The translations under genes and the position numbers were made by a program. Positions 10,503 to 20,126 of a stretch of DNA of 64,000 nt are shown piece after piece (within the stretch, counting starts at the first letter, position 1; every line of letters begins with the position of its first letter). The notes beneath the pieces were generated by a model. The model was not told the DNA's origin. It saw nothing but the letters and a program-made list of their open reading frames with translations, and ran no database searches. Where the stretch lies: assembly GCA_965198005.1 (NCBI GenBank), contig CBDAOI010000004.1:2208001-2272000 (forward strand), read 5' to 3'. The stretch comes from Spirochaetia bacterium (GTDB taxonomy: Bacteria; Spirochaetota; Spirochaetia; SZUA-6; Bin103).

Positions 10503-11648
10503 CTACTGCAGCCCGCGGAACGCCTCCCGCACGTCGTGGGCGAGCAGCTCCGGCTCCTCGGTGGCGGCGAAGTGGCCGCCGCGCGGCATCCGGGTGTACC
10601 GGATCAGGTTGAAGGTGCGTTCCAGCCACTCCCGCGGCGGATAGCTGATCTCCACCGGGAACGACGCGAACGCGGTCGGCACGGTAACCCCGGCCTCCGG
10701 CGTCAGCCGCAGCGGCTCCCGCCCGCTCTCGTAGTAGAGCCGGATCGAGGAGCCGATCGTCCGGGTCGCCCAGTAGATCGTGAGGTGGGTCAGCAGCTCG
10801 TCCTTGCTGAACCGCGACTCGAGGTCGCCGCCGCAGTCGCTCCAGGTGCGCCACTTCTCGATGATCCAGGCCGCCAGTCCGGCCGGGGAATCGTTCAGCC
10901 CGTAGGCCAGGGTCTGGGGCTTGGTGCCGTGCTGGTGGCCGTAGGCGCCCTCGGCGCGCTGCCACCAGTCGCGGTGGCGCAGAAACTCCCGCTCGGCGGC
11001 GGACAGCTCCGACCGCGGCGGCACCGGCGCGGTCCCGGCCGCCATGGTCAGGTGGATGGCGCGCACCCGGTCGGGGTACCCCAACCCGAGCGCCGCGGTG
11101 ATCTGCGCGCCCCAATCGCCGCCCTGGGCAAAGAAGCGATCGTAGCCCAGCGCCCCGGTCATCAGCGCGTGCCACAGGCCGGCGACCCGGACCGGGCTCA
11201 TGCCGCGCCGCGCCGGGCGGTCGGAGAAGCCGTACCCCGGCATCGACGGCACCACCACGTCGAACGCGTCCGCCGGATCGCCGCCGTGGCTGCCGGGGTC
11301 GGCCAGCAGCGGGACGATCGGGAGCAGCTCCACGAACGTGCTCGGCCAGCCGTGGGTGATCAGCAGCGGCCGCGGCGCCGGCCCCGTGCCCCGCACGTGC
11401 ACGAAGTGGATGCCGAGTCCTTCCATCTCCGTGCGGAACTGCGGAAAGCGGTTGATGCGCTCCTCCTGAGCGCGCCAGTCGAACCGTTCGGCCCAGTACG
11501 CGCACAGCTCGCGGACGTAGCCCAGGTTGGAGCCGTAGTCCCAGCCCGCGTCCTCGATTTCGTCCGGCCAGCGGGTCCGGCGCAACCGCTCCCGCAGATC
11601 GTCCAGATCCCTGTCCCGGAGGTTGACGACGAATGGTTGAACGTCCAT
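10503..11648 (-). CDS. Epoxide hydrolase (EHN + alpha/beta hydrolase)
   Basis: HGWP, GGDWG and GGHFAA motifs. Confidence 0.92.
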   Translation of the reverse strand: MDVQPFVVNLRDRDLDDLRERLRRTRWPDEIEDAGWDYGSNLGYVRELCAYWAERFDWRAQEERINRFPQFRTEMEGLGIHFVHVRGTGPAPRPLLITHGWPSTFVELLPIVPLLADPGSHGGDPADAFDVVVPSMPGYGFSDRPARRGMSPVRVAGLWHALMTGALGYDRFFAQGGDWGAQITAALGLGYPDRVRAIHLTMAAGTAPVPPRSELSAAEREFLRHRDWWQRAEGAYGHQHGTKPQTLAYGLNDSPAGLAAWIIEKWRTWSDCGGDLESRFSKDELLTHLTIYWATRTIGSSIRLYYESGREPLRLTPEAGVTVPTAFASFPVEISYPPREWLERTFNLIRYTRMPRGGHFAATEEPELLAHDVREAFRGLQ

Positions 11649-12123
11649 GTGACCTGCGGATGATAGCAGGCTCTACGGAGTTCCGGGCAGGGGGGCGGTA
11701 ACGGCCGGTGTACAACCACCATTAGGGCCATGTGCTCGAATTGGTGCAACCAGGGACGGCTTCGCTACGGCGAGAGCCGCTTTCCTCCGGCTGCGCCGTT
11801 GTCGCTGCGAACACGTGTGATCCTCGGATTCGCCGTGCCAATCATGCTGGTCTTCGGCATGCTCGCGATCACGATATATGTGGTGCTGCGACGCCGTTAA
11901 GCATCCCGGTTACCGATCCGAATCTGTTCTTCGGTCGTGCTGCGCAATTGAATTTGGTGCGGCTCTCTTGCGACGAGCACAGAAGCTCGTGCCATCTGGA
12001 ACGGAGCGATAGTTTCTATTATTTCGTGCCTCCCCGCGAACACCGTAACAGGGCGACCAGGGCGGCGGGTGGGTTGACAAACAACGGGATACACCTAGCC
12101 TACTAGTTTCAAGGGACTTGGCT

Positions 12124-12453
12124 CTAAGGTCCATCTACGTATTGCGAAAAAATACGAGCTACATTATATAGCTCTGAGTGGCCGCACAATGTACAGGTAA
12201 CTACTACAAATAGTGAGAACCTCGAAGCATCAAACGTCGGCTTGTCTCCTTCTATCCCACTGACGGACGGCATGCATACCAAGTGCGTGTTTGTGGCACT
12301 CGCCGCATTTGCGTGGCCCCATGGACATCTTGATCCATACAAGTTCGCGTAACTCTCAAGCCACAAATCAATATGAGCTCTTGCTTCTTTCGTAAGGCCC
12401 CCAGTATCTTTATCGATTACCCGGACCATGATATTCTCTAAGGTTCCACCCAT
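12124..12453 (-). CDS. Hypothetical protein with Cys motifs
   Basis: AT-richer ORF with CPW..H and CTLCGH; overlaps the upstream ORF. Confidence 0.45.
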   Translation of the reverse strand: MGGTLENIMVRVIDKDTGGLTKEARAHIDLWLESYANLYGSRCPWGHANAASATNTHLVCMPSVSGIEGDKPTFDASRFSLFVVVTCTLCGHSELYNVARIFSQYVDGP

Positions 12454-12629
12454 GTGTTCTTACCTCTTGGAGACTTTTCCCATGGACGAGATTCTAGCAG
12501 TCCTTCTATTTTGGCCACTTTAACAGCCAAATCCTTGATATCTCGCAATATGCTCTTCATTTCCTTCCATAGAAACAAACTGACAGCTATCACGATTCCT
12601 GGAGTCAGAAATTCTTGAACAATTTCCAT
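12438..12629 (-). CDS. Small membrane/coiled-coil protein
   Basis: 63 aa; TM helix followed by a heptad segment VAKIEG. Confidence 0.5.
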   Translation of the reverse strand: MEIVQEFLTPGIVIAVSLFLWKEMKSILRDIKDLAVKVAKIEGLLESRPWEKSPRGKNTWVEP

Positions 12630-12759
12630 TCCCCCCCCCCCCCCCTACCTCACCGCGCCGCATGAGTGCTAACTCATTATGCGTCACTCAGGCCCCCCGA
12701 AAGTTCAGACGGAACTAGAACCACGTGTGGCCGCCAATTGACCGACATCAATGTAGACC

Positions 12760-13200
12760 CCGCCTGCGGTGGAGGTCAACACGCTGGCCGTGCGGGTCGC
12801 CGGACGCAGGTCCTCCCGGTGCATCACCACACCCTTCGCGTCGCTGGTGATCACCAGCAGGCCAGCCGCAGGCTCTGCACCCGTGGCCGCAGGCGGCTCC
12901 GAAGCTGCCTGGGCCGCAGCTGCCTGGTGATGCCGCTGCGCGTAGAAGGCGTCAAAGTCCTGCGCCGCGCGCCCCACCAGTTCTTCCACCTGCCGCTTGC
13001 CGATCTCAGCCCCGGTGTACCGACTCAGCGTCTCCACCGTCAGCGTCGGCTCGACGGCGAACCGCGCCTGCCAATCGGCCGCCAGCCGGCTGGCAAAGTT
13101 CTGCACTCGCACCCACGGCAGCACCGGAACCGACTGTTGTTGACTACCCGTTGCAGATTGCGCTCCCGCGTCGGTTCGTCCCAGCCAATCCAGCGGTCGC
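12760..13200 (-). mobile_element. Chimeric remnant: DUF4338-like fragment fused to an ISKra4-family transposase fragment
   Basis: RDRWIGW...VVNNSRF..LPWV followed by GKRQVEELV.RAAQDFDAFY and DAKGVVM. Confidence 0.6.
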
Positions 13201-13202
13201 GT

Positions 13203-14957
13203 TCAGGGAGCGACAAGAGCCTCGTGCAGAGCCGCGATTTCTTGCTTGAGCGTAGCGGCGAGCTGCTCCAGCGGCACGATGCGGCGTTCGGGGTCGGTGC
13301 GCCCGCACAGCTCCACACCGCCGGCGGCCAGGGCGCGCTCGCCGACCACCACCCGCAGCGGCAGGCCGCGCAGGTCGGCGTCGGTCAGCTTGACGCCGGC
13401 GCTCAGCTCGCGGCGGTCGTCGTACAGCACCTCGAAGCCGGCGTCGACCAGCTCCGCGAACAGCCGTTCCGCGGTCTGCCAGGTCTCCTCGGCCCGGCCG
13501 AGGCCGACCAGCGCCACCTGGTAGGGCGCCACCGACACCGGCAGGGCGAGGCCGTTGCGGTCGCGGTGCTGTTCGGCCACGCACTCCAGCAGCCGGTCCA
13601 GCCCGATGCCGTACGACCCCATCACCAGCGGGTGAGCCGCGCCCGCCGCGTCGGTGTAGGCGGCACCCAACGCCTCCGCGAAGCGCGTGCCGAGCTGGAA
13701 GATGGTGCCTACCTCGACGCCGCGCGCCAGCTCCAGGCCGCTGCCGCACGCGCCGCACGGCGCGCCGTCGAAGGCGGCGGCCACCGGGCCCACCACGGCC
13801 GGCTGGTAGTCGCGCCCGCAGCACACGTTGCGCAGGTGGTAGTCGGGCCGGTTCGCTCCCATCACCAGGTTGGGGCTGGCCGCCACCCAGCGGTCGACCA
13901 CGAACAGCGCCGCCCGCGGGTCGATGCCCACCGGCGAGGCGAAGCCCGGCACCATGCCGGTGGCGGCGATTTCATCCTCGTGGGCCGGGCGCAACTCCCC
14001 TACCCCGGCCAGGTTCCGCACCTGGACCGGGTTCACCTCCAGGTCGCCGCGCACCACCGCCGCCACCACCGTGGGGCGCTCGCCCGCGGCGTAGAACACC
14101 ATCTTGGCGGTCTGTTGCGGGGCGATGCCCAGGCAGCCCGCCAGCACGTCGATGGTGACCGCGCCCGGCGTGCGCACCGGCTCCACCGCCGCCGGCTCCC
14201 CGACCGCGGGCTCCAGGCGGAAGTCCGCCACCTCGCAGTTGGCCGCGTAGCCGCACGCCGGGCACAGCGCGAGGCGGTCCTCGCCGCCCGCGGTCAGGTA
14301 GATGAACCCGTGCGCCTCGGTGCCGCCCATCATGCCGGTATCGCTGCGCGCGGCGGTCAGCGGCAGCCCGATGCGGCGTCCGATCCGCAGGTAGGCATCG
14401 TGGTGAGCGCGGTACTGGCGTTCGAGCCCGGCATGATCGCGGTCCAGCGACCAGGAGTCCTGCCGGCGGAACTCGCGCAGCCGGATCAGCCCGCCGCGCG
14501 CCCGCGGCTCGTCCCGAAACCTGGTCTGCACCTGATACACCAGCGCCGGGAGTTGGCGGTAGGAGTTGATCTCGGCGGCGGCGTGGAAGGCGACCGCCTC
14601 CTCGCAGGCCATGGCCAGCACCAGACCGCGCTCGCGCCGGTCGCGCAACCGCACCAGCGTCGCGTCGAGCTCCTGCCAGCGTCCGCTGGCCTGCCACAGC
14701 TCGGCCGGCTGGACCAGCGGCAGCGACAGCTCCTGCCCGCCGATCCGCTCCATCTCCTCGCGCAGAATGCGCTCGAGCTTGCGCAGCGCGCGCCAGCCGA
14801 GCGGCAGCAGCGAGTAGATTCCCGCCGCCACCTGCCGCACGTACCCGGCGCGCAGCAGCAACGCGTGCGACTCCAACTCCGCTTCCGCGGGCGCGTGGCG
14901 CAGCGTGTTGCCGAACAGGTTCGAGACCCGCTGGCCGGCGCGTTCGGAGCTCTTCAC
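13203..14957 (-). CDS. proS: Proline--tRNA ligase (bacterial type with INS editing domain), atypical active site
   Basis: SHALLLRAG, FRDEPR, GSYGIG and anticodon domain LYDDR. Confidence 0.85.
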   Translation of the reverse strand: MKSSERAGQRVSNLFGNTLRHAPAEAELESHALLLRAGYVRQVAAGIYSLLPLGWRALRKLERILREEMERIGGQELSLPLVQPAELWQASGRWQELDATLVRLRDRRERGLVLAMACEEAVAFHAAAEINSYRQLPALVYQVQTRFRDEPRARGGLIRLREFRRQDSWSLDRDHAGLERQYRAHHDAYLRIGRRIGLPLTAARSDTGMMGGTEAHGFIYLTAGGEDRLALCPACGYAANCEVADFRLEPAVGEPAAVEPVRTPGAVTIDVLAGCLGIAPQQTAKMVFYAAGERPTVVAAVVRGDLEVNPVQVRNLAGVGELRPAHEDEIAATGMVPGFASPVGIDPRAALFVVDRWVAASPNLVMGANRPDYHLRNVCCGRDYQPAVVGPVAAAFDGAPCGACGSGLELARGVEVGTIFQLGTRFAEALGAAYTDAAGAAHPLVMGSYGIGLDRLLECVAEQHRDRNGLALPVSVAPYQVALVGLGRAEETWQTAERLFAELVDAGFEVLYDDRRELSAGVKLTDADLRGLPLRVVVGERALAAGGVELCGRTDPERRIVPLEQLAATLKQEIAALHEALVAP

Positions 14958-14996
14958 CGGTGTGGTTCTCCGCCCCGCGGGGCAGAGGCTACCCCG

Positions 14997-16196
14997 CTAC
15001 TCCAACCCGTACAGCCGGGCCGCGTTGGCGAAGCGGATCTTGTGCTTGAGCCCCTCGGGCAGGACGTGCGGCAGCGTCACGGCGGGGTCGTCGGCGTCCC
15101 AGTGCGGATAGTCGCTGGACAGCATGAGGTTGTTGGTCATCGGCCCGAACTGCTCCATCAGCGCGATATAGTCGCTCATGCGCGGCGGCTCCTCGACCGG
15201 CTGGGTGGCCACGTACACGTGGCCGGCGATCACCTCGGACGGCGGCCGCTTGAGGTGCGGGACCTCGCTGCCGAGCAGCTTCCAGGCGGCGTCCAGCCGC
15301 CACGTCAGCGACGGCACCCATCCGAACGCGTTCTCGACCGACACGAACTTGATGCCGAACCGATCGAACACGCCCTCCAGCACCAGGCTGGTGATGTTCG
15401 CCTGCACCGCCTGCGACGGGCTGGTGTGGTCTTCGATGTAGTAGGAGGCATGCCCGGCGCCCGTTATCGGCCACCCGTAGTGGTTGAACGCGTGCGACGC
15501 GACGTGGATGCCATGCTCGGCGCAGGCCTCGTAGATCGGCCAGTACCTGCGGCGCCCCATCGGCTCCTGGCCGCGCCCCTTGAACAGCACCTGCACGAAC
15601 CGCTTGTCGGCGGCGCGGCGGCGGATCTCCGCGGCCGCCCCGACCGGATCCTCCGCCGCAACCGTGATCGAAGCCCGCAGCCGCGGCTCCGGATCGAGCC
15701 ACTCGGCCACCTGCCAGTCGTTGGTCGCCGTGGCCAGCGCGGCGCCCAGCTCGTGATTGAGCTGCGACGCCGCCGGCCCCAGCAGATTGAGGATGCCGTA
15801 GGCGACGTTGTACGGATCGAGGAAGTCGGTGCGCATGAACTCCAGCTCCGACCCGGCGATGCGGCCGGACGGCGGCCGGCTCTCCTCCCGATGGTCGAGA
15901 AACCGGGGATACCAGCCGGCGTTGGGACCCGACTCGCCGTAGGTGTCGAGGTGGTCGCGCCAGCGCTTGGACAGATAGGGATAGAGGTCCCTGGTCGAGT
16001 CCAGCTCATTGTGCAGATCGCAGTCGATGAACGCCGGCGGCCTGGACGGCGCCGGTTGCCGCTCCTGCTCCTGCTGCCGCTCCCGTTGCCGCTCCCGCAA
16101 CTCCAGTTCATGCTCGGTGCCGGTGATGGTGGCCAGCGCCCTGGTTACACTGGGCGGCAGCCCCAGCTCCGGGTCAGCGGTCAACGTGTCAGCCAT
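14997..16196 (-). CDS. Amidohydrolase-fold protein (Amidohydro_2)
   Basis: DCDLH and SSDYPHWD motifs. Confidence 0.88.
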   Translation of the reverse strand: MADTLTADPELGLPPSVTRALATITGTEHELELRERQRERQQEQERQPAPSRPPAFIDCDLHNELDSTRDLYPYLSKRWRDHLDTYGESGPNAGWYPRFLDHREESRPPSGRIAGSELEFMRTDFLDPYNVAYGILNLLGPAASQLNHELGAALATATNDWQVAEWLDPEPRLRASITVAAEDPVGAAAEIRRRAADKRFVQVLFKGRGQEPMGRRRYWPIYEACAEHGIHVASHAFNHYGWPITGAGHASYYIEDHTSPSQAVQANITSLVLEGVFDRFGIKFVSVENAFGWVPSLTWRLDAAWKLLGSEVPHLKRPPSEVIAGHVYVATQPVEEPPRMSDYIALMEQFGPMTNNLMLSSDYPHWDADDPAVTLPHVLPEGLKHKIRFANAARLYGLE

Positions 16197-17322
16197 TTCC
16201 TTGCGCTCCTGTGCCGGGCGAACCGTCCAAACCATAGAGACGGCGGGCGGTCTCGCTTCTGATCTTATTCTGCATGGACTGCGGCACAAGGTCGAGCAGT
16301 TTTTCGCCGGCGTCGAACAGGTGCCGGTGCGGAAAGTCGCTGGTGTACATCAGCAGGTCGTCCGAGCCGAGCTGGTCGACTATCTGCAGCATCTGGGCCG
16401 CGGTGGGCGGCGCGTCGAGCGGCTGAATCCCGATCCGGAGGTGCTCGCGCACGTAGTCGGACGGCGGCCGCCGCACCCACGGCACTAGCCGGCGGAGGTT
16501 CTTCCACTCCTTGTCCATGCGCCACATGTGCGCCGGCAGCCAGGTGAAGCCGGACTCCAGAAACGCGACGCGCACACCGGGGTAGGCGTCGAACACCCCT
16601 TCGACGATGATGCTGACGAGCTGCGTGGCGAACACCTGCGCCATTGCGGCGTAGGTCTCGATGTAGTACGAAGGCCAGCCGGTCGGAGTCGGCGGCGTGT
16701 TGGGCTGGCCGCCGAAGTGGACCGCCGCCACCAGACCGTGGCGTTCGATCGCCTCCCACACCGGGTGGTAGAGGCGGTTCCCAAGTGGGCGCTCGGTTCG
16801 TACCGGCAGCAGCACCTGCACGAAGCCGGGGTGGCCGGCGACCCGCTCGATCTCCGCTACCGCGAGCGCGGGGAGCTGGATCGGAACCACGATGGTGCCG
16901 AGCAGGCGCGGTTCCCGCTCCAGCCAGTGCTCGATCTGCCAGTCATTGACCGCCTTTGCCAGGGCGACGGCGACGTCGGGGTTGCCGAGGCGATCGACCG
17001 GGTAGAGACAGCTCGTCACGGCCGCTTCCACGCCGTCCGCGGCGAGCACCTCCCGCCGCAACCGCTCCAGGCCGCCGCCGCCGTTGACCGCACCGGCGGC
17101 ACGGTTGGCGACCGGCGACTTCGGCGGGTAGTACTGAGGCGCGTGCCAAGTCTTGCGCGTCAGCTTGCGCGCGCCGGGCGCCGGCGGTGTGGGCGGGCTC
17201 GCGCCCCGATCGAGAGACTGCGTGAAGTGCTCGATCCAGTGGTCGGACAGATACGGAAAGAGCGCCTCGAGATACGGGACGTCGACGTGCACGTCCGCGT
17301 CGATGATGGCCGGACCGTTCAT
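16189..17322 (-). CDS. Amidohydrolase-fold protein (Amidohydro_2)
   Basis: DADVH and SDFPH motifs. Confidence 0.88.
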   Translation of the reverse strand: MNGPAIIDADVHVDVPYLEALFPYLSDHWIEHFTQSLDRGASPPTPPAPGARKLTRKTWHAPQYYPPKSPVANRAAGAVNGGGGLERLRREVLAADGVEAAVTSCLYPVDRLGNPDVAVALAKAVNDWQIEHWLEREPRLLGTIVVPIQLPALAVAEIERVAGHPGFVQVLLPVRTERPLGNRLYHPVWEAIERHGLVAAVHFGGQPNTPPTPTGWPSYYIETYAAMAQVFATQLVSIIVEGVFDAYPGVRVAFLESGFTWLPAHMWRMDKEWKNLRRLVPWVRRPPSDYVREHLRIGIQPLDAPPTAAQMLQIVDQLGSDDLLMYTSDFPHRHLFDAGEKLLDLVPQSMQNKIRSETARRLYGLDGSPGTGAQGNG

Positions 17323-17480
17323 TCCGGGAGTACCCCTCCGCCCTCTAATCTCGACGTTTCAGCCGGCGCAATCAAGCAGCGCGTCGGCGTGTCGGCAGAG
17401 TTCCGCTGCTGGCGCGGATCCGACGGCAGATCGTACAGCTCGGAGGTCCAGGACCGTAGGCGCCAAGTCGATCGCGGAGG

Positions 17481-18040
17481 TCATGCCGCCATAGGTGCCC
17501 GGGGGGCAATGTTCGGCACCGAGACCAGCAGCGGCGCGGCGGTCACTTCCTCGTACAGCGGCGACGATCCCCAGGAGGTGTTGCGCTCCACGCCGTCGAC
17601 CATCGAGAACAGCAGCGTCAGCTTGCCGAACAGGCCGCCGTGCTCCCCTCGCCGCAGTAGTTGGCGTGCGCCTTCCGCACCTTCTCGGCGGTCAGTCCCG
17701 CCTTCTTCTGCCAGTAGAACTGTCCGGTTATCTCGAGGAACGACGAGAACCCGCGGTCGTAGTTCATGCCGTTGCGCACGTAGAACGGAGTATCCACCAC
17801 CGCCGCGGTGCTGAATCCCGCCTGCTGCAGAACCTGCGCCACGGTCACCTGGTCCGCCGGCAGCGGCCCCCAGTTCATGAAGCTGCCGGCCCACCGTCCG
17901 GTAAAGTAGTCGGCGCGCGCCGGGACCGTGGGGAAGCTGCCGATGTAGTGGCGGTCGAAGCGGACCGACTTGCGGGCCAGCGCATCCAGCGTGGGCGTAC
18001 GGATCGTGCGGTTGCCGTAGCACCCGAGATGATCCGGATG
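17481..18040 (-). pseudogene. Sulfatase remnant with several deletions
   Basis: DHLGCYGN..IRTPTLD, SFPTVPAR..FTGR, GEHG and LYEE..PL in broken frames. Confidence 0.75.
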
Positions 18041-18055
18041 ACGTTCATGACTGGG

Positions 18056-18457
18056 TTACTCCTCGGCGTATTGCACGACCACCTCGTCTCCGTCCACGGT
18101 TACGGGGTAGGTCTTGACCCGTAGCCGGGCGTCGCCCAGGCAGCTTCCGTCGGTGATGTCGAACGCCCAGTTGTGCCACGGGCAGCGCAGGATCTCGCCG
18201 TCGCGGTCCATGGTCGGGGGGGCGCCGGCGCCGGACGGCGGTCCGTTGGCCACGAACCGGCCGCTCACGTGGCCGGCGCACAGCGGGCCGAGGTTGTGCG
18301 GGCAGATGTTGCGCAGCGCGTAGTACCTGCCCTTGACGTTGAACACGCCGATCCCGGCGCGGCCGCGGAACGGCACCACCAGCTTGCGCGCGCCCTCCGG
18401 GAGCTCCTCCACCGTGCCCACGACCACCCGCCGTGCGGCGGCATTGGCGGCGGCCAC
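18056..18457 (-). CDS. Rieske [2Fe-2S] ferredoxin
   Basis: CPH ... CPWH. Confidence 0.9.
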   Translation of the reverse strand: MAAANAAARRVVVGTVEELPEGARKLVVPFRGRAGIGVFNVKGRYYALRNICPHNLGPLCAGHVSGRFVANGPPSGAGAPPTMDRDGEILRCPWHNWAFDITDGSCLGDARLRVKTYPVTVDGDEVVVQYAEE

Positions 18458-18459
18458 CC

Positions 18460-19593
18460 CTACCCCTGCGGCAGGCGCAGCATCTCCAGCGCGTTGTCGC
18501 CGAAGATGCGCCGGCGCAGGCGGTCGGAAATGCCCGGCAGCGCGGTCACCGGATCGTTCTGGTCGAAGTGCGGGAAGTCGCTGCAGAAGATCAGCGTCTC
18601 GTCGGCGTGCAGCATCTCCAGCATCTGCTGCAACTGCTCGGGACGCTCCGGCTCGTGCATCGGCTGGGTGCCGACCCGGATGTGCTCGCGGAAGTACTCA
18701 CTCGGCAGCCGCTTGAGCCACGGCGTCTGGTCGCGGATCGCCTTCCAGTCGAAGTCCATGTGCCACATCACCGACACCGCCCAGAGCTGCTGCACCTCGA
18801 TGAACGCGAACTTGAGCGTCGGGAACTTCTCGAACACCCCTTCGCAGATCAGCGACGCCGCCTGCGCGCTGGCCGCCGCCGGGCGCGCCATGCGCGTCTC
18901 CATGTAGTAGGTGGGATAGCCGACCGGGGTCATGGTGTTGCCGCTCGCGCCGCCGCCGCCGATGTGCGACACCACCGGCAGGCCGTGCTCGGCGCACGCC
19001 TCCCAGATGGGATGATAGAACCGGTTGCCCAACGGCCGCTCGGTGCTCATCGGGACGTGCACCGCGACCGTGTCCTTGCGCCCGGCGAGGCGGTTGATCT
19101 CGGCCACCGCCTGGACGGGATCGGTGGGCGCCACCAGGATGGCGTGCACCACCCGCTCGTCGCGCTCCAGCCAGTGCTCGATCGTGTAGTCGTTGAACGC
19201 CCGGCACAGCGCGGCGCCCCAGTCCGGGTCGGGCACGCCGGTGGCGCCGTAGATGTCGGACGGCGACCCGGTCAACAGCGCGAGGTCGATGTTCCAGGGA
19301 TCGAGCAGCTCCTGCTGCATGAACTCCAGCGTGAAGTTGAAGTCGCGCCGCTTGAGGTCCGGATCCTTGATGTCGTTGCGCGTCTTGCGGTACGGCGTGT
19401 TGGGGTAGCCGCCACCGCCGAAGGTCAGGCCCTGGTCGTACAGGTGCTCCTGGTAGAACTTCGACAGGTACGGCAGCAGTTGCTCGGCTCGTTCGAAGCT
19501 GTGGTGGACGTCGCAGTCCACGATCCGGACGCCGGTGTCCTTCTGTGCCGTCCAGCCGGGAGCCGCTATCGGAGCGGCGCCTATCATCGGCAT
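18460..19593 (-). CDS. Amidohydrolase-fold protein (Amidohydro_2)
   Basis: DCDVH and SDFPHFD motifs; GGAGG RBS. Confidence 0.88.
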   Translation of the reverse strand: MPMIGAAPIAAPGWTAQKDTGVRIVDCDVHHSFERAEQLLPYLSKFYQEHLYDQGLTFGGGGYPNTPYRKTRNDIKDPDLKRRDFNFTLEFMQQELLDPWNIDLALLTGSPSDIYGATGVPDPDWGAALCRAFNDYTIEHWLERDERVVHAILVAPTDPVQAVAEINRLAGRKDTVAVHVPMSTERPLGNRFYHPIWEACAEHGLPVVSHIGGGGASGNTMTPVGYPTYYMETRMARPAAASAQAASLICEGVFEKFPTLKFAFIEVQQLWAVSVMWHMDFDWKAIRDQTPWLKRLPSEYFREHIRVGTQPMHEPERPEQLQQMLEMLHADETLIFCSDFPHFDQNDPVTALPGISDRLRRRIFGDNALEMLRLPQG

Positions 19594-19752
19594 GCAGTTG
19601 CCTCCATGGGTGGTTGGATGGACCCAGAATAACCAATCTGGAGGCGCTTGACCATGACTACTCGTTGGCCGCCGGTGTAGGCAGGACCTGTTATGTGGTG
19701 CTATTGTCGGACCATCTTGATAGTGAACCACAAGGAGTGACGGTCATGGGCA

Positions 19753-19905
19753 TTAGGTTCTCGGGTAGCCGCTGGGGCCGCCGGCCCAGTTCAGGCGCCC
19801 GTGGCGCTCGGGCTGGAACTTCTCCCCCGCGTAGCGGCCGACGTAGTACTGCGTGCCGCGTGTGTGGCTGATGAACATCAGCACGTGGCGGTCTCCCAGC
19901 GGGCT
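19753..19905 (-). pseudogene. Glycoside hydrolase family 32-like fragment
   Basis: LGDRHVLMFISHTRGTQYYVG...GRLNW. Confidence 0.45.
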
Positions 19906-20126
19906 ATATTGGTAGCTGCTGTATAGCAAGCCGCCCCTGCGCGAACCCGGACCGGATCCCACCACGGGCGCCGGCACGGTCGACGTAGAGCCCGAATGCG
20001 TGCACGTTGATCCGTAGCAGGATCAGGACGAACTGCCGGATGCCGGTGCCGGCGATCTGCTGCCGTGCGCTACCGCTTGGCGGCGTCAGCGAGGCGGGGA
20101 ACGCGCTACCGGTGTGCGGCTCAAGG

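Noticed and set aside
9211-11715. 834-aa epoxide hydrolase-ChrA fusion
   Set aside because: The N-terminal part is an alternative frame of the hydrolase; chrA starts at 10434
12666-16262. 1198-aa plus-strand ORF and similar long shadow ORFs
   Set aside because: Antisense to well-supported genes; typical high-GC artefact
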